Source of the DNA: a virus
Lineage: Duplodnaviria; Caudoviricetes
IMG/VR virus record: IMGVR_UViG_3300047564_001818
DNA length: 64,000 nt
Reading direction: 5' to 3' (one strand)
Shown here: positions 56,140 to 64,000 of the stretch, in pieces
Layout of the letters: each line of letters begins with the position of its first letter
Numbering within the stretch: the first letter of the stretch is position 1
Notes under the pieces: model-generated
Databases searched by the model: none
What the model saw: only the letters and a program-made list of their open reading frames with translations
Told to the model about the DNA's origin: nothing
Position numbers and translations under genes: made by a program

Positions 56140-56900
56140 TCTTTAAAATTTTTCCAAATCTGAATTTCGTTAATAAAAGTTTCTTCAGATTTTTTGTTGC
56201 CTTTGGCAGTTTTAAAATAAGAATTGTTCTTTTTTAAATTCCAAGAATTCCATGTAAAAGGCAAAGATTCAAAATCTGTTTGATCAAATTCTTCTTTTAG
56301 AACAACTTGGTCAATATACCAATATGCATTTTGAGAAAAAGCATTAAAAAGTTTAGTAGCTAGAGATTTTCTAAACTCATTACCTACAATTCCTGCACCG
56401 AATGATACAATACTAGCCATAATTTTATCTGGAGATTTTGGTTTGCGCATTGCTCGTGGTGTACTTGCGGCCCATAAAAATTGTTCTTGAGGTATAGGCT
56501 GATACAATAAACTATCACAGTCTACTTGCAATACATGATGATGTTCATTAAAAATTTTATCTACTTGCATAAATCTTGCACAAGAATAATACAATATTTC
56601 AGGAGTAACTATCAATCCATATTTTCCGATTGGACCGTTATCTTTAAACGGTATACTATTTAAAAATTCTTGATCTATAATTTCGTAGCTGTGTGTTGTT
56701 CTCGGAAATTCTTCAAACGTAATATTGGGATTTTTTGTAATAACATGGCAATGAACACTAATCCAATCCATTTGATAGATAATACTTTTTATTAGTGCAA
56801 CAGCATATTCTTCGTAATATTTTTCATCACAACTAAAATATATAATATTTTTTTCACTAGGAAGTGTGCCGTTTATTTTAGGTAATTTAAAGGCTTGCAT
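56136..56900 (-). CDS. Putative glycosyltransferase (GT-A-like)
   Basis: RF....LQVDCDS, WYIDQ..L pattern. Confidence 0.55.
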   Translation of the reverse strand: MQAFKLPKINGTLPSEKNIIYFSCDEKYYEEYAVALIKSIIYQMDWISVHCHVITKNPNITFEEFPRTTHSYEIIDQEFLNSIPFKDNGPIGKYGLIVTPEILYYSCARFMQVDKIFNEHHHVLQVDCDSLLYQPIPQEQFLWAASTPRAMRKPKSPDKIMASIVSFGAGIVGNEFRKSLATKLFNAFSQNAYWYIDQVVLKEEFDQTDFESLPFTWNSWNLKKNNSYFKTAKGNKKSEETFINEIQIWKNFKE

Positions 56901-57342
56901 CTTCCATCCCTGCTACTCGCAACTTTACAATATTAGTTATCTGCCATTGCTTTTGATCAAGTGCCTTGAGAACACCTAACCATTTGTTGCGAATAAGAGC
57001 AAACTCGTTGATAATTTTTTCGTAATCAACAACGTCTGCTTCACCGTCGACATATTTTTCTACGTCACGGCTTGACAGGGCACGTGGATAGTTTTCAAGA
57101 TATTTTTTAAAATAAGAACTGCGCAATCTACGCAGTTCTATGTTTAGATATTCTAGAATTGCTTCTAGTTCTTGCAATTGATTAAAACGTTGCTCAACAA
57201 TGCCGGGCATTTCTGCTGCGGCACGTTCAATTGAACCTTTAATTTTTACTTCATAACGAGCTTGATTAAGTTCGTCTTCAAAGTATTGTATTGCTTCAGG
57301 AATACGTGAGATATCTCTCGATATTTCTGAATACCATCCCAT
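56887..57342 (-). CDS. uvsY: UvsY-like recombination mediator
   Basis: KYLENY.RAL.SRDVEKYVDGE, KWLG..KALDQK.WQ; adjacent to uvsX. Confidence 0.85.
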   Translation of the reverse strand: MGWYSEISRDISRIPEAIQYFEDELNQARYEVKIKGSIERAAAEMPGIVEQRFNQLQELEAILEYLNIELRRLRSSYFKKYLENYPRALSSRDVEKYVDGEADVVDYEKIINEFALIRNKWLGVLKALDQKQWQITNIVKLRVAGMEDASL

Positions 57343-57566
57343 TACTCGTCCCAATCCTCATCGTCTTGATCAATGTCCATGTCTAGATAGTAGCCTATAG
57401 CTGCATCAAGATCAGCGTCTACCCCCAGTACATCCTTAAACACATTGTCGTCTACTCCATAGTCAGCTAGTAGATCAACAAACTTTTCTGCTACAATTTC
57501 TACCTGCTTTTTATCAACATACTCTTTAAACAGTGTCCAGATATCACCAATCTGTCCTTCATTCAT
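57342..57566 (-). CDS. Small acidic hypothetical protein
   Basis: MNEGQIGDIW start; TAATG coupling. Confidence 0.65.
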   Translation of the reverse strand: MNEGQIGDIWTLFKEYVDKKQVEIVAEKFVDLLADYGVDDNVFKDVLGVDADLDAAIGYYLDMDIDQDDEDWDE

Positions 57567-58647
57567 TAGTAGTAAACTCCTCGTTATGATCAACCTCAAC
57601 ATCAGCTGAGTCAGCCATATTTACCATTTCACGTTCTTTGAGAGGAAAATCAGCCATAACCATTTCGAGTAGATCTCCAGTCCAATTCTTACGATATTCT
57701 AACGTTTCAACACCGTTACTGTCAACATACTTGTAGCGATTGCCTTGCTTTTCTAGCAAGCCTTTTGCTTCAAACAAATCAAACAACCCTGAGTAAGGAT
57801 CCATACCTGTTTCATAAGGAATCTTAACCTGTACACTTTCAAACGGTTTAGCATAGCGTGTTTTCATAACTTTACAAGCTGCTCTAATACCTTGAACTGT
57901 TGATGTTTTATTACCATCTTCGTCTTCTTTTAGTTTTAGCTTTTTCATAGCTACAACCATTGAACTTGCATAAACAAAGCCCGAACCGCCCGAAATCTTG
58001 TCATCAGGATCGAACATGTCTTGCGATGCATAAGTATGGTTAGTAACAACCATGCCTACATTGTAACTACCAAACATATTAACACAGTTAGTCACAAGTG
58101 CTTTGAGTGCTTTGGCCTTACGACCCATGTCACCTTTCATATCACCGGCTTCAAACTGATTAACTTCAGTTGGGCTCATAAGCATACCCAAACTGTCGAT
58201 TACAAACAATACCTTAGGACGATCTTTTTCATCCATTGCTCTATAATCATCCATAAACGTTGAGATAGTTTTAGCAACATCATCGATCATAGCCATGTTA
58301 AGTTTTAGCAGCTTGTCTTCGCCAGTATCGACGCCGAGTGCCTGTAGCCAGCTTTCGTCCAGTGCGTTTTCACTGTCAATCAACACAACAAAGATGCCTT
58401 GTTCTTGAGCATGTTTTACCATGTTACCGCTTACAATATAAGATTTACCTGCGCCGCTTTCGCCAGCGAAAACACTTACTTTACCTAAGGGAATGCCTTT
58501 ACGGAAATCACCACTCAGTAGATAGTTGAGAGCGTAGTTTCCAGTTGATACCCAATCAGTGGGATCGTGGAAGCCTGCACTCATGCCTTTGATTGATTTT
58601 GTAAGTTGTGTTCTGAACTTACTAGGATCAAACGCCTTGGTTGCCAT
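57559..58647 (-). CDS. uvsX: UvsX/RecA-like recombinase
   Basis: GESGAGKS, IDSENALD, VIDSLGML, VTNHTY, ISGGSG. Confidence 0.93.
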   Translation of the reverse strand: MATKAFDPSKFRTQLTKSIKGMSAGFHDPTDWVSTGNYALNYLLSGDFRKGIPLGKVSVFAGESGAGKSYIVSGNMVKHAQEQGIFVVLIDSENALDESWLQALGVDTGEDKLLKLNMAMIDDVAKTISTFMDDYRAMDEKDRPKVLFVIDSLGMLMSPTEVNQFEAGDMKGDMGRKAKALKALVTNCVNMFGSYNVGMVVTNHTYASQDMFDPDDKISGGSGFVYASSMVVAMKKLKLKEDEDGNKTSTVQGIRAACKVMKTRYAKPFESVQVKIPYETGMDPYSGLFDLFEAKGLLEKQGNRYKYVDSNGVETLEYRKNWTGDLLEMVMADFPLKEREMVNMADSADVEVDHNEEFTTNE

Positions 58648-58722
58648 GTATAACTCCTAATCTAAAAAAACTTTGGGCAAGTGAGAGAGCTTGCTTAGTT
58701 AAAAACAAGCTCTCGTTATTGC

Positions 58723-59736
58723 TTAACCTTGACTTTGACGTGCGCGAATCTTTGCAAGGATGTCCATTGCGCCGCTTCCACCTGTTTCTGGCATAGCTGC
58801 TTTTTGAGGAGCAGGAGCAGCGGCCTGTTTGACCTCCTCAGTTGCCTTAAAAGGGATATCGTCATCCTCGTCACGTGCTGCTGGTGCGCTTTGGCTTGTA
58901 GCGGTAGCACGAGGGCTTGCTGCTACATTAGGATCACCAGTACGTGCTGCCATACCTGCGGGACGGAAATATTGTCCCCAACGATCCATGTCATATGCTT
59001 CGCCGTCAACGCTTGCTTCGAACATTTCTTTTAGCACTTTAACTTCCACATCAGTGGGTTTTTTAGGAAGGAAATCATTGAGATTGTACAGACCATGATC
59101 GTTGATTGCTCTCATTTCTGCATCGCTCAACGGACGATCACGACGTGCCCAGTTACTAGCACCGTAGTCTGCATAACCACCTTTGCTTCCTTTGCTAAGA
59201 CGGAAATCAACGCCGGCTGTAAAATCAGTTGGCAGTTCTTCCATATCTGGATCCATTAGTGCAGCTTTGATCAGTTGGAAAATTTGAGGACCAATGATAA
59301 AGCGGCGAATTGGATTTTCTGGAACAGTATCGTCTTTGAGTGGATTGTCTGTCACAAAACCTTGGAAGATATAGCTACGCTTCTTCCAATACTTACGACC
59401 CATGTCTTCTAGAGTAGGATCTTTAAACCAGCCGCGAACTTCGTTAAGAATTGGGCAGCTTTCACCGTACATTTCCATACACGGAACTTGTACTTGTACA
59501 GGACGGCTGTCAGTTTCACCTTTGACTCCTGCAAAGGGCAGTTTGATCATAAGACGCTCGACCCAGAAAAATGTGTTGCTCGGGTTGCCGTCAGGAAGGA
59601 AACGCAGTGTTGCGGTTTGTCCTTCAGCCATGTTCCAGAAAGGGTAAATTGCGTTGTCGCCGCCGCCTGTAGAACCACCTGTTGAGCGTGTTTCTTGTTC
59701 TTTGAGCTTTGCTCTAATTTCTGATAATGATGCCAT
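58723..59736 (-). CDS. gp32: gp32-like single-stranded DNA-binding protein
   Basis: MASLSEIRAKL, LRFLPD, CMEMYGE.CP, YWKKRSY, K.G.YADY. Confidence 0.9.
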   Translation of the reverse strand: MASLSEIRAKLKEQETRSTGGSTGGGDNAIYPFWNMAEGQTATLRFLPDGNPSNTFFWVERLMIKLPFAGVKGETDSRPVQVQVPCMEMYGESCPILNEVRGWFKDPTLEDMGRKYWKKRSYIFQGFVTDNPLKDDTVPENPIRRFIIGPQIFQLIKAALMDPDMEELPTDFTAGVDFRLSKGSKGGYADYGASNWARRDRPLSDAEMRAINDHGLYNLNDFLPKKPTDVEVKVLKEMFEASVDGEAYDMDRWGQYFRPAGMAARTGDPNVAASPRATATSQSAPAARDEDDDIPFKATEEVKQAAAPAPQKAAMPETGGSGAMDILAKIRARQSQG

Positions 59737-59859
59737 AGTTTTGCCTCCTATATGTTGCCTATGTGCTTTGTGCCTAATATGTGCAGCACTCTTACATACT
59801 ACACACTGTTATTTATCTTGTCAACCAGAAAAGATAATATTTTTCAACCAGTTAGCGGA

Positions 59860-62187
59860 TCAAAGACCCGCTAACCTTGAGATGTCGTTTAGTTCGTAGT
59901 TGTCTTCTTGTATGTCTGGTTCTCTAAAACCAAAGCGTTCTGCTACAAGATTGTTGATTTGTTCAATGAATGCCTTTGCGGGTTCTATGAACTCTTCGCC
60001 ATAGTCCTTTTCAATCATTGTTAATACTGCGGTTTCGCCTTTAGGAAACTGGCCTGACTCTCTGTCAAAATAACTTAGAATAAATTCGCCTAGTGGTGTC
60101 TTTTTTTCTTTGTCACCCTTACCCATAGCTTTTTTAATAGCAATGTCTTTTGCCTTCATGTAGTCATCTGAATCAACATCGCCGTCTTTGTCTAGATCTT
60201 TTCCTTTAGTCTCTTGTACATTCATTTCAATCCACTGCATTAGCGGATAAAGTGTGTTTACGATTTCATTACCGAAACGAGCATCTTTGCCTGAGCCCGG
60301 TTGTCTTTCCATGCCTTTTGCTTTTTTACGTAGTTCAATTACAGGTGCTATTATTTGTTTAAATTTAGGGTCACTGGTGTCGGCATTGCCCTGTAGCCAT
60401 GAAATAACATCGTAAACATCATTGGCATATTCGCCTGCAAGGTTACCATCGTATGTACCTTGACCTCTTTCAATGCTTTTGCCTATCTTGCGTAGATTGC
60501 CTAGTACTGCTATAGCGTCTTTGCTTGTGTTAATATATGCTTCTTCTAAATCGTCTTCACCAAATGTTCTGCGATATGAATTGCCTGCCATAGAGCCCTT
60601 TGAGCCAATAACAGCGTTACCGTCTCCCGACAGCAGTAGATCATACATCAGTTTAATTACATCCATTGGTGTTCTTTTACTTGCTATTGCTCTTTTAAAC
60701 CATGCTACTTTTTCTGGTTTCATTGGTCTACGAGATTTAGTAGTAATAAGTTCTATTGCTCTACGTTTAACATCATCTACGTTATTCATCTTTTGTAGTT
60801 GTCTTAGATCGTCGGGTGTAAAGTTATCATCTTCTGCTTCACTAACTTTAACACAATTGTCTACACGACGGCCACCCTTCATCTTGGTGCCCATACGCTT
60901 GTAGCCTTTCCAGCATACTTTGCCGTCCACGCCTTTTTGTTTTTCTTCGCTGAGTGTACGCCAACTTGGGTTGCCACAATCTTCACATATATGATCTGCA
61001 AACTGACCCATTGTGTCTTCAAATGCCTGCTCTAGTTCAAACTCTTCTTTGGTTTTCTTTTCTGCTTTGCTGTACTTGTCTTTTAAGCGGCCTAGTTCTT
61101 CTTGACTTGCGCCTTCACGACCTGCTTGTGCAGCCTTTTTCATATATTCTTTACCGTGCTTTTTAACACCTGTGTAATACTGTAGTCCACTTTCGTCCAG
61201 ATCATCTGGCCCTAATGCTTTGGCCTTTGTGCCTTCTTTAACTAGGTTGTAGATATAAGGAAATACATCTGCTAATTCTTCGTTAAATTGTTTAATAGTT
61301 AATTCATCTATCCAGTTTTCAGCAACATCACTTGGTACATCCTCAAATACTGGAGTTTCAAATGAATCAAATGCTTCTTTGTAATATGCTGGTTTTTGGA
61401 GACCTTCGATTGTTTTCTTAACTGTGCTAATACGCTCTTTGACAATATCCATATAACCTGCTAGGCTTTCTGCCATTACACTGCTTCTGCCCATGTATGA
61501 TTTAAACTTACGCAGTTTAGCTAACTCTTCGCTCATATTAGTAATGTGTGTACCAAAGTCATCGTAGGGCTTGCCGCCTTCACTTACGTGACGTGCCATT
61601 GCTCTAGCACCGCTTAGATGACGATATGGATATTTAAATCTTTCGCCTTCTGAGCTTTCAATGTAGATAGCACCAATCTTTTGTGTGCGACCAGTTACAC
61701 TTTCTGCGTTAATGCTTTCTGTATGTTTAATAACAAGTCTTGAGTTGTCAAACTTTTGATAGCTAACTTTGTGTGTTCCGTATAGTTTTGATTCGTTCAT
61801 TTTATCGTCCCCAGAGCGATTGGCTAAAAACTGATAATCTCTTTTATTTAGATTTGATTTGTTGATGTCTCTGACGCTGAAATCTAGCATACGTTTTTTA
61901 CTAAAAACTCTCAGTTCTTTTAAAAAATTATACCATTCGTTTTGCGTCATTTCATTTTCGTTTTGAATAAAATCACGTGAATAGATCACTGTAAGTCCGT
62001 CGTCTTCTGATATGCTTACACTGACCTTGCCCAGTGTTCTTGAGTCTGTTTTGTAATCAAAATCAAAAAAACGAGCAGCTAAAGGTTCATTGGTCACGTT
62101 GCCATCTTCATCACCTATGGTCACGCTAGGAAAGCGTCCACGTATTTTATTGAAGAGATCTTCACCTATTTTATCAAGTTGTGTCAT
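59860..62187 (-). CDS. Large late protein downstream of terminase (probably head-associated)
   Basis: 775 aa; ATAAATA upstream; modular low-complexity inserts. Confidence 0.65.
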   Translation of the reverse strand: MTQLDKIGEDLFNKIRGRFPSVTIGDEDGNVTNEPLAARFFDFDYKTDSRTLGKVSVSISEDDGLTVIYSRDFIQNENEMTQNEWYNFLKELRVFSKKRMLDFSVRDINKSNLNKRDYQFLANRSGDDKMNESKLYGTHKVSYQKFDNSRLVIKHTESINAESVTGRTQKIGAIYIESSEGERFKYPYRHLSGARAMARHVSEGGKPYDDFGTHITNMSEELAKLRKFKSYMGRSSVMAESLAGYMDIVKERISTVKKTIEGLQKPAYYKEAFDSFETPVFEDVPSDVAENWIDELTIKQFNEELADVFPYIYNLVKEGTKAKALGPDDLDESGLQYYTGVKKHGKEYMKKAAQAGREGASQEELGRLKDKYSKAEKKTKEEFELEQAFEDTMGQFADHICEDCGNPSWRTLSEEKQKGVDGKVCWKGYKRMGTKMKGGRRVDNCVKVSEAEDDNFTPDDLRQLQKMNNVDDVKRRAIELITTKSRRPMKPEKVAWFKRAIASKRTPMDVIKLMYDLLLSGDGNAVIGSKGSMAGNSYRRTFGEDDLEEAYINTSKDAIAVLGNLRKIGKSIERGQGTYDGNLAGEYANDVYDVISWLQGNADTSDPKFKQIIAPVIELRKKAKGMERQPGSGKDARFGNEIVNTLYPLMQWIEMNVQETKGKDLDKDGDVDSDDYMKAKDIAIKKAMGKGDKEKKTPLGEFILSYFDRESGQFPKGETAVLTMIEKDYGEEFIEPAKAFIEQINNLVAERFGFREPDIQEDNYELNDISRLAGL

Positions 62188-62189
62188 AC

Positions 62190-62200
62190 TGTATTTATAT
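62190..62200 (-). promoter_or_regulatory. T4-like late promoter motif (T/A)AAATA; representative site of a window-wide set
   Basis: TAAATA lies a short distance before the starts at 15356, 17603, 21006, 21604, 40404, 40424, 52826, 62187 and 63780. Confidence 0.7.
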
Positions 62201-63780
62201 CAATATCCTGTGCTAACAAAGATTGGCATAGGCGGATCATAGCTGTCGTCATGATCTGCTTGTGTAAATGTACTGTAAACTCTAGGATCCCAATCCTTGA
62301 GTACGTTCATCATTCTCAGTGCTAACAAGGTTGCTGACACTAGGTCGTCGGTGAGACCTAGCTTGGCTTGAAAACTACTGCCTGTGGCCACATAACCTTT
62401 AAGTTCACTGATCAGTGGCTTTGAACGTATCAACATTTTATCATTTTCTACCATGGTTTTTAGTCGACTACAGGCAGTTATTTTTGAACTGTGAGTAGTG
62501 TTGAATCCTTTGCGGAATTTACGAACATGTCCTTTGCGTATAGGTTCACTGATAAACAATCCCGGAATGTTTTCTTCGCCAAAGTCGTTTATAACGATTA
62601 GCGCAGCCTCGCCTATACCATTGTTTTCCACGCTCCAATAAATTCCGTTAGGGTTACCAGTTTCGTCTGATATGTATCTGCAGATGTCTGCTAGCACCCT
62701 AATCTGGCCAGGAATGGCTGTTGTATTGTGTTGCCATTCGGCAACTTGCTCATAACTAGGTAATTCGTAAACTTCAATAGCAGCATAATCGCCACCTGTG
62801 CCCATTGATGGATCAAGTGCTACAACATATGAATATTGATTAGATGGTTTTTTATACCATCGAGTCTGCCCCATATTGATCAGTGGACTAGCACCTTCCA
62901 TAGCAGCTAGTTTAATTGAGTTAATCAGTGTTTCGTCAAATACTAGGAATTCGCAGCCGTATTCTCTACGGAACTTTTCTTCGCCTATACGTCCTACTTC
63001 AGCACGCATCCATTCTTCGTCGCGATCAGGATGTTCGTTCCAGCTAGCTCTAAAAGCGTGAAATCCGTTTATGCCTACTGTGCTTTCGTTGCCGTAATCG
63101 TCAAACTTTTGTTCTGCTTGTTTCCAAATAGTAGCAAATGTATCTTCATCTGAGTTTGGTGTTGAAGTAATAATAGCACGACCACCAGTTGCCAGTGTAG
63201 GTGATATCGAAGTCCAAAACTCTTCTGCAATGTTGGGTTGTACAAACGCAAACTCGTCACAGTACAGCAGCGAGATACTCATACCACGTCCTGTGTTGCC
63301 AGTTGTGGTCATTGACACAATACGTGAACCATTTTCAAATTCTATTGAGCCTTTGTTGTATGATGTAACACCTGCTCTGATAAAATCTGGACAAGTTTCA
63401 TACACATAGCGTATTCGCTGCATAATTTCCTGCGCACCAGTATATTTGTGTGCAGCAATAAGTATGGTCTGATCAGGATGGAACATCGCATACCAGCACA
63501 AATAGATAGCAGCACAAGTTGTTTTACCTGTCTGTCTAGGCATCATGTTTATATTGAAGCGATAGTTATGATAGCTGTGCATCAAACGCAACTGATACTC
63601 GTAAGGATCAAACAGCAGCTTTCCTTTAACAGGATGTTGAATGTATGCAAAGTGTTTTGCAAAATGCAAATACCCTTCGTTAGGATCCATACACTTTAAA
63701 AGATCCTGTATTTGTGCTTCTGTATATGTTTCTTTAGTATTAGCCTTTTTTGTTAAGACCCCATCTAAACTTTTGCTCAT
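62200..63780 (-). CDS. terL: Terminase large subunit (gp17-like)
   Basis: PRQTGKTT, LLYCDEFAFV, ITSTPN, FRREYGCEF, ALDPS.G.GGDY, DDLVSA. Confidence 0.95.
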   Translation of the reverse strand: MSKSLDGVLTKKANTKETYTEAQIQDLLKCMDPNEGYLHFAKHFAYIQHPVKGKLLFDPYEYQLRLMHSYHNYRFNINMMPRQTGKTTCAAIYLCWYAMFHPDQTILIAAHKYTGAQEIMQRIRYVYETCPDFIRAGVTSYNKGSIEFENGSRIVSMTTTGNTGRGMSISLLYCDEFAFVQPNIAEEFWTSISPTLATGGRAIITSTPNSDEDTFATIWKQAEQKFDDYGNESTVGINGFHAFRASWNEHPDRDEEWMRAEVGRIGEEKFRREYGCEFLVFDETLINSIKLAAMEGASPLINMGQTRWYKKPSNQYSYVVALDPSMGTGGDYAAIEVYELPSYEQVAEWQHNTTAIPGQIRVLADICRYISDETGNPNGIYWSVENNGIGEAALIVINDFGEENIPGLFISEPIRKGHVRKFRKGFNTTHSSKITACSRLKTMVENDKMLIRSKPLISELKGYVATGSSFQAKLGLTDDLVSATLLALRMMNVLKDWDPRVYSTFTQADHDDSYDPPMPIFVSTGY

Positions 63781-63794
63781 ACTATTATTTACTC

Positions 63795-63822
63795 AAAAAA
63801 ATAGCGCCCTGGGGCGCTATTT
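63795..63822. terminator. Intrinsic terminator hairpin
   Basis: AAATAGCGCCC..GGGCGCTATTT flanked by an A-run (U-run on the minus strand). Confidence 0.75.
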
Positions 63823-63841
63823 GATGTTACTACATTATAGA

Positions 63842-64000
63842 TTATTTTGCCATCGCAATTAGTTCTTTAAAACGATCCGGGTTAAATTCAGGATATCCGT
63901 GACCTTCTTCGTTACGATCATTAGTATATTGAACCATATGAGCCATAACATCTTTCATTGACTTGGGTCCGAAGCTAGTGCCAAATCTAGAAAGTATAGC
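63842..64000 (-). CDS. Partial CDS running off the window (C-terminal 52 aa)
   Basis: Open frame ending ...RFKELIAMAK* before the terminator. Confidence 0.5.
   Translation of the reverse strand, partial: AILSRFGTSFGPKSMKDVMAHMVQYTNDRNEEGHGYPEFNPDRFKELIAMAK

Noticed and set aside
35971-63780. Inteins or introns in helicase, UvsW, UvsX or terminase
   Set aside because: Protein lengths are ordinary, motifs are contiguous, and no splice-junction motifs were seen.

Overview
This window is a 64 kb piece of a large lytic T4-superfamily (jumbo-like) phage genome. The host is probably an alphaproteobacterium, inferred from the Shemin-pathway hemA and the CTTGAC/TTGACA-N17-GCTATA sigma70 promoters. 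From left to right: (1) 0.1-17.6 kb, minus-strand virion fibre/structural genes with Gly-X-Y collagen-like repeats, Ig-like repeats, a cupredoxin-like domain and an ILEI-like domain; (2) 17.6-22.3 kb, accessory genes (hemA, ybaN, HNH, YqgE/AlgH-like); (3) 22.35-23.77 kb, a largely non-coding repeat block with an IHF-consensus cluster and phased palindromes; (4) 23.8-35.2 kb, an early island of about 25 promoter-plus-small-ORF cassettes, with 3 tRNAs; (5) 35.9-47.9 kb, helicase, primase, a mini-DnaE, peptide deformylase, kdsAB and UvsW; (6) 47.9-56.9 kb, a glycosylation cluster; (7) UvsY, UvsX, gp32 and the large terminase. The most striking result is an apparent RNA-based regulatory system in the early island. 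Seventeen early transcripts are predicted to begin with the same 5' leader, R-UAGGGCAA(CAC), and 14 lead cistrons use a GAGGG Shine-Dalgarno. The island also encodes a hairpin just behind tRNA-Arg whose loop is the reverse complement of that leader, and a five-hairpin RNA with four GCCCUC loops complementary to the GAGGG(C) RBS. Separately, a roughly 720 bp early unit has no TC or CC dinucleotide at all on its coding strand. I found no CRISPR array, integrase or rRNA. All calls come from reading motifs by eye; no database searches were run.
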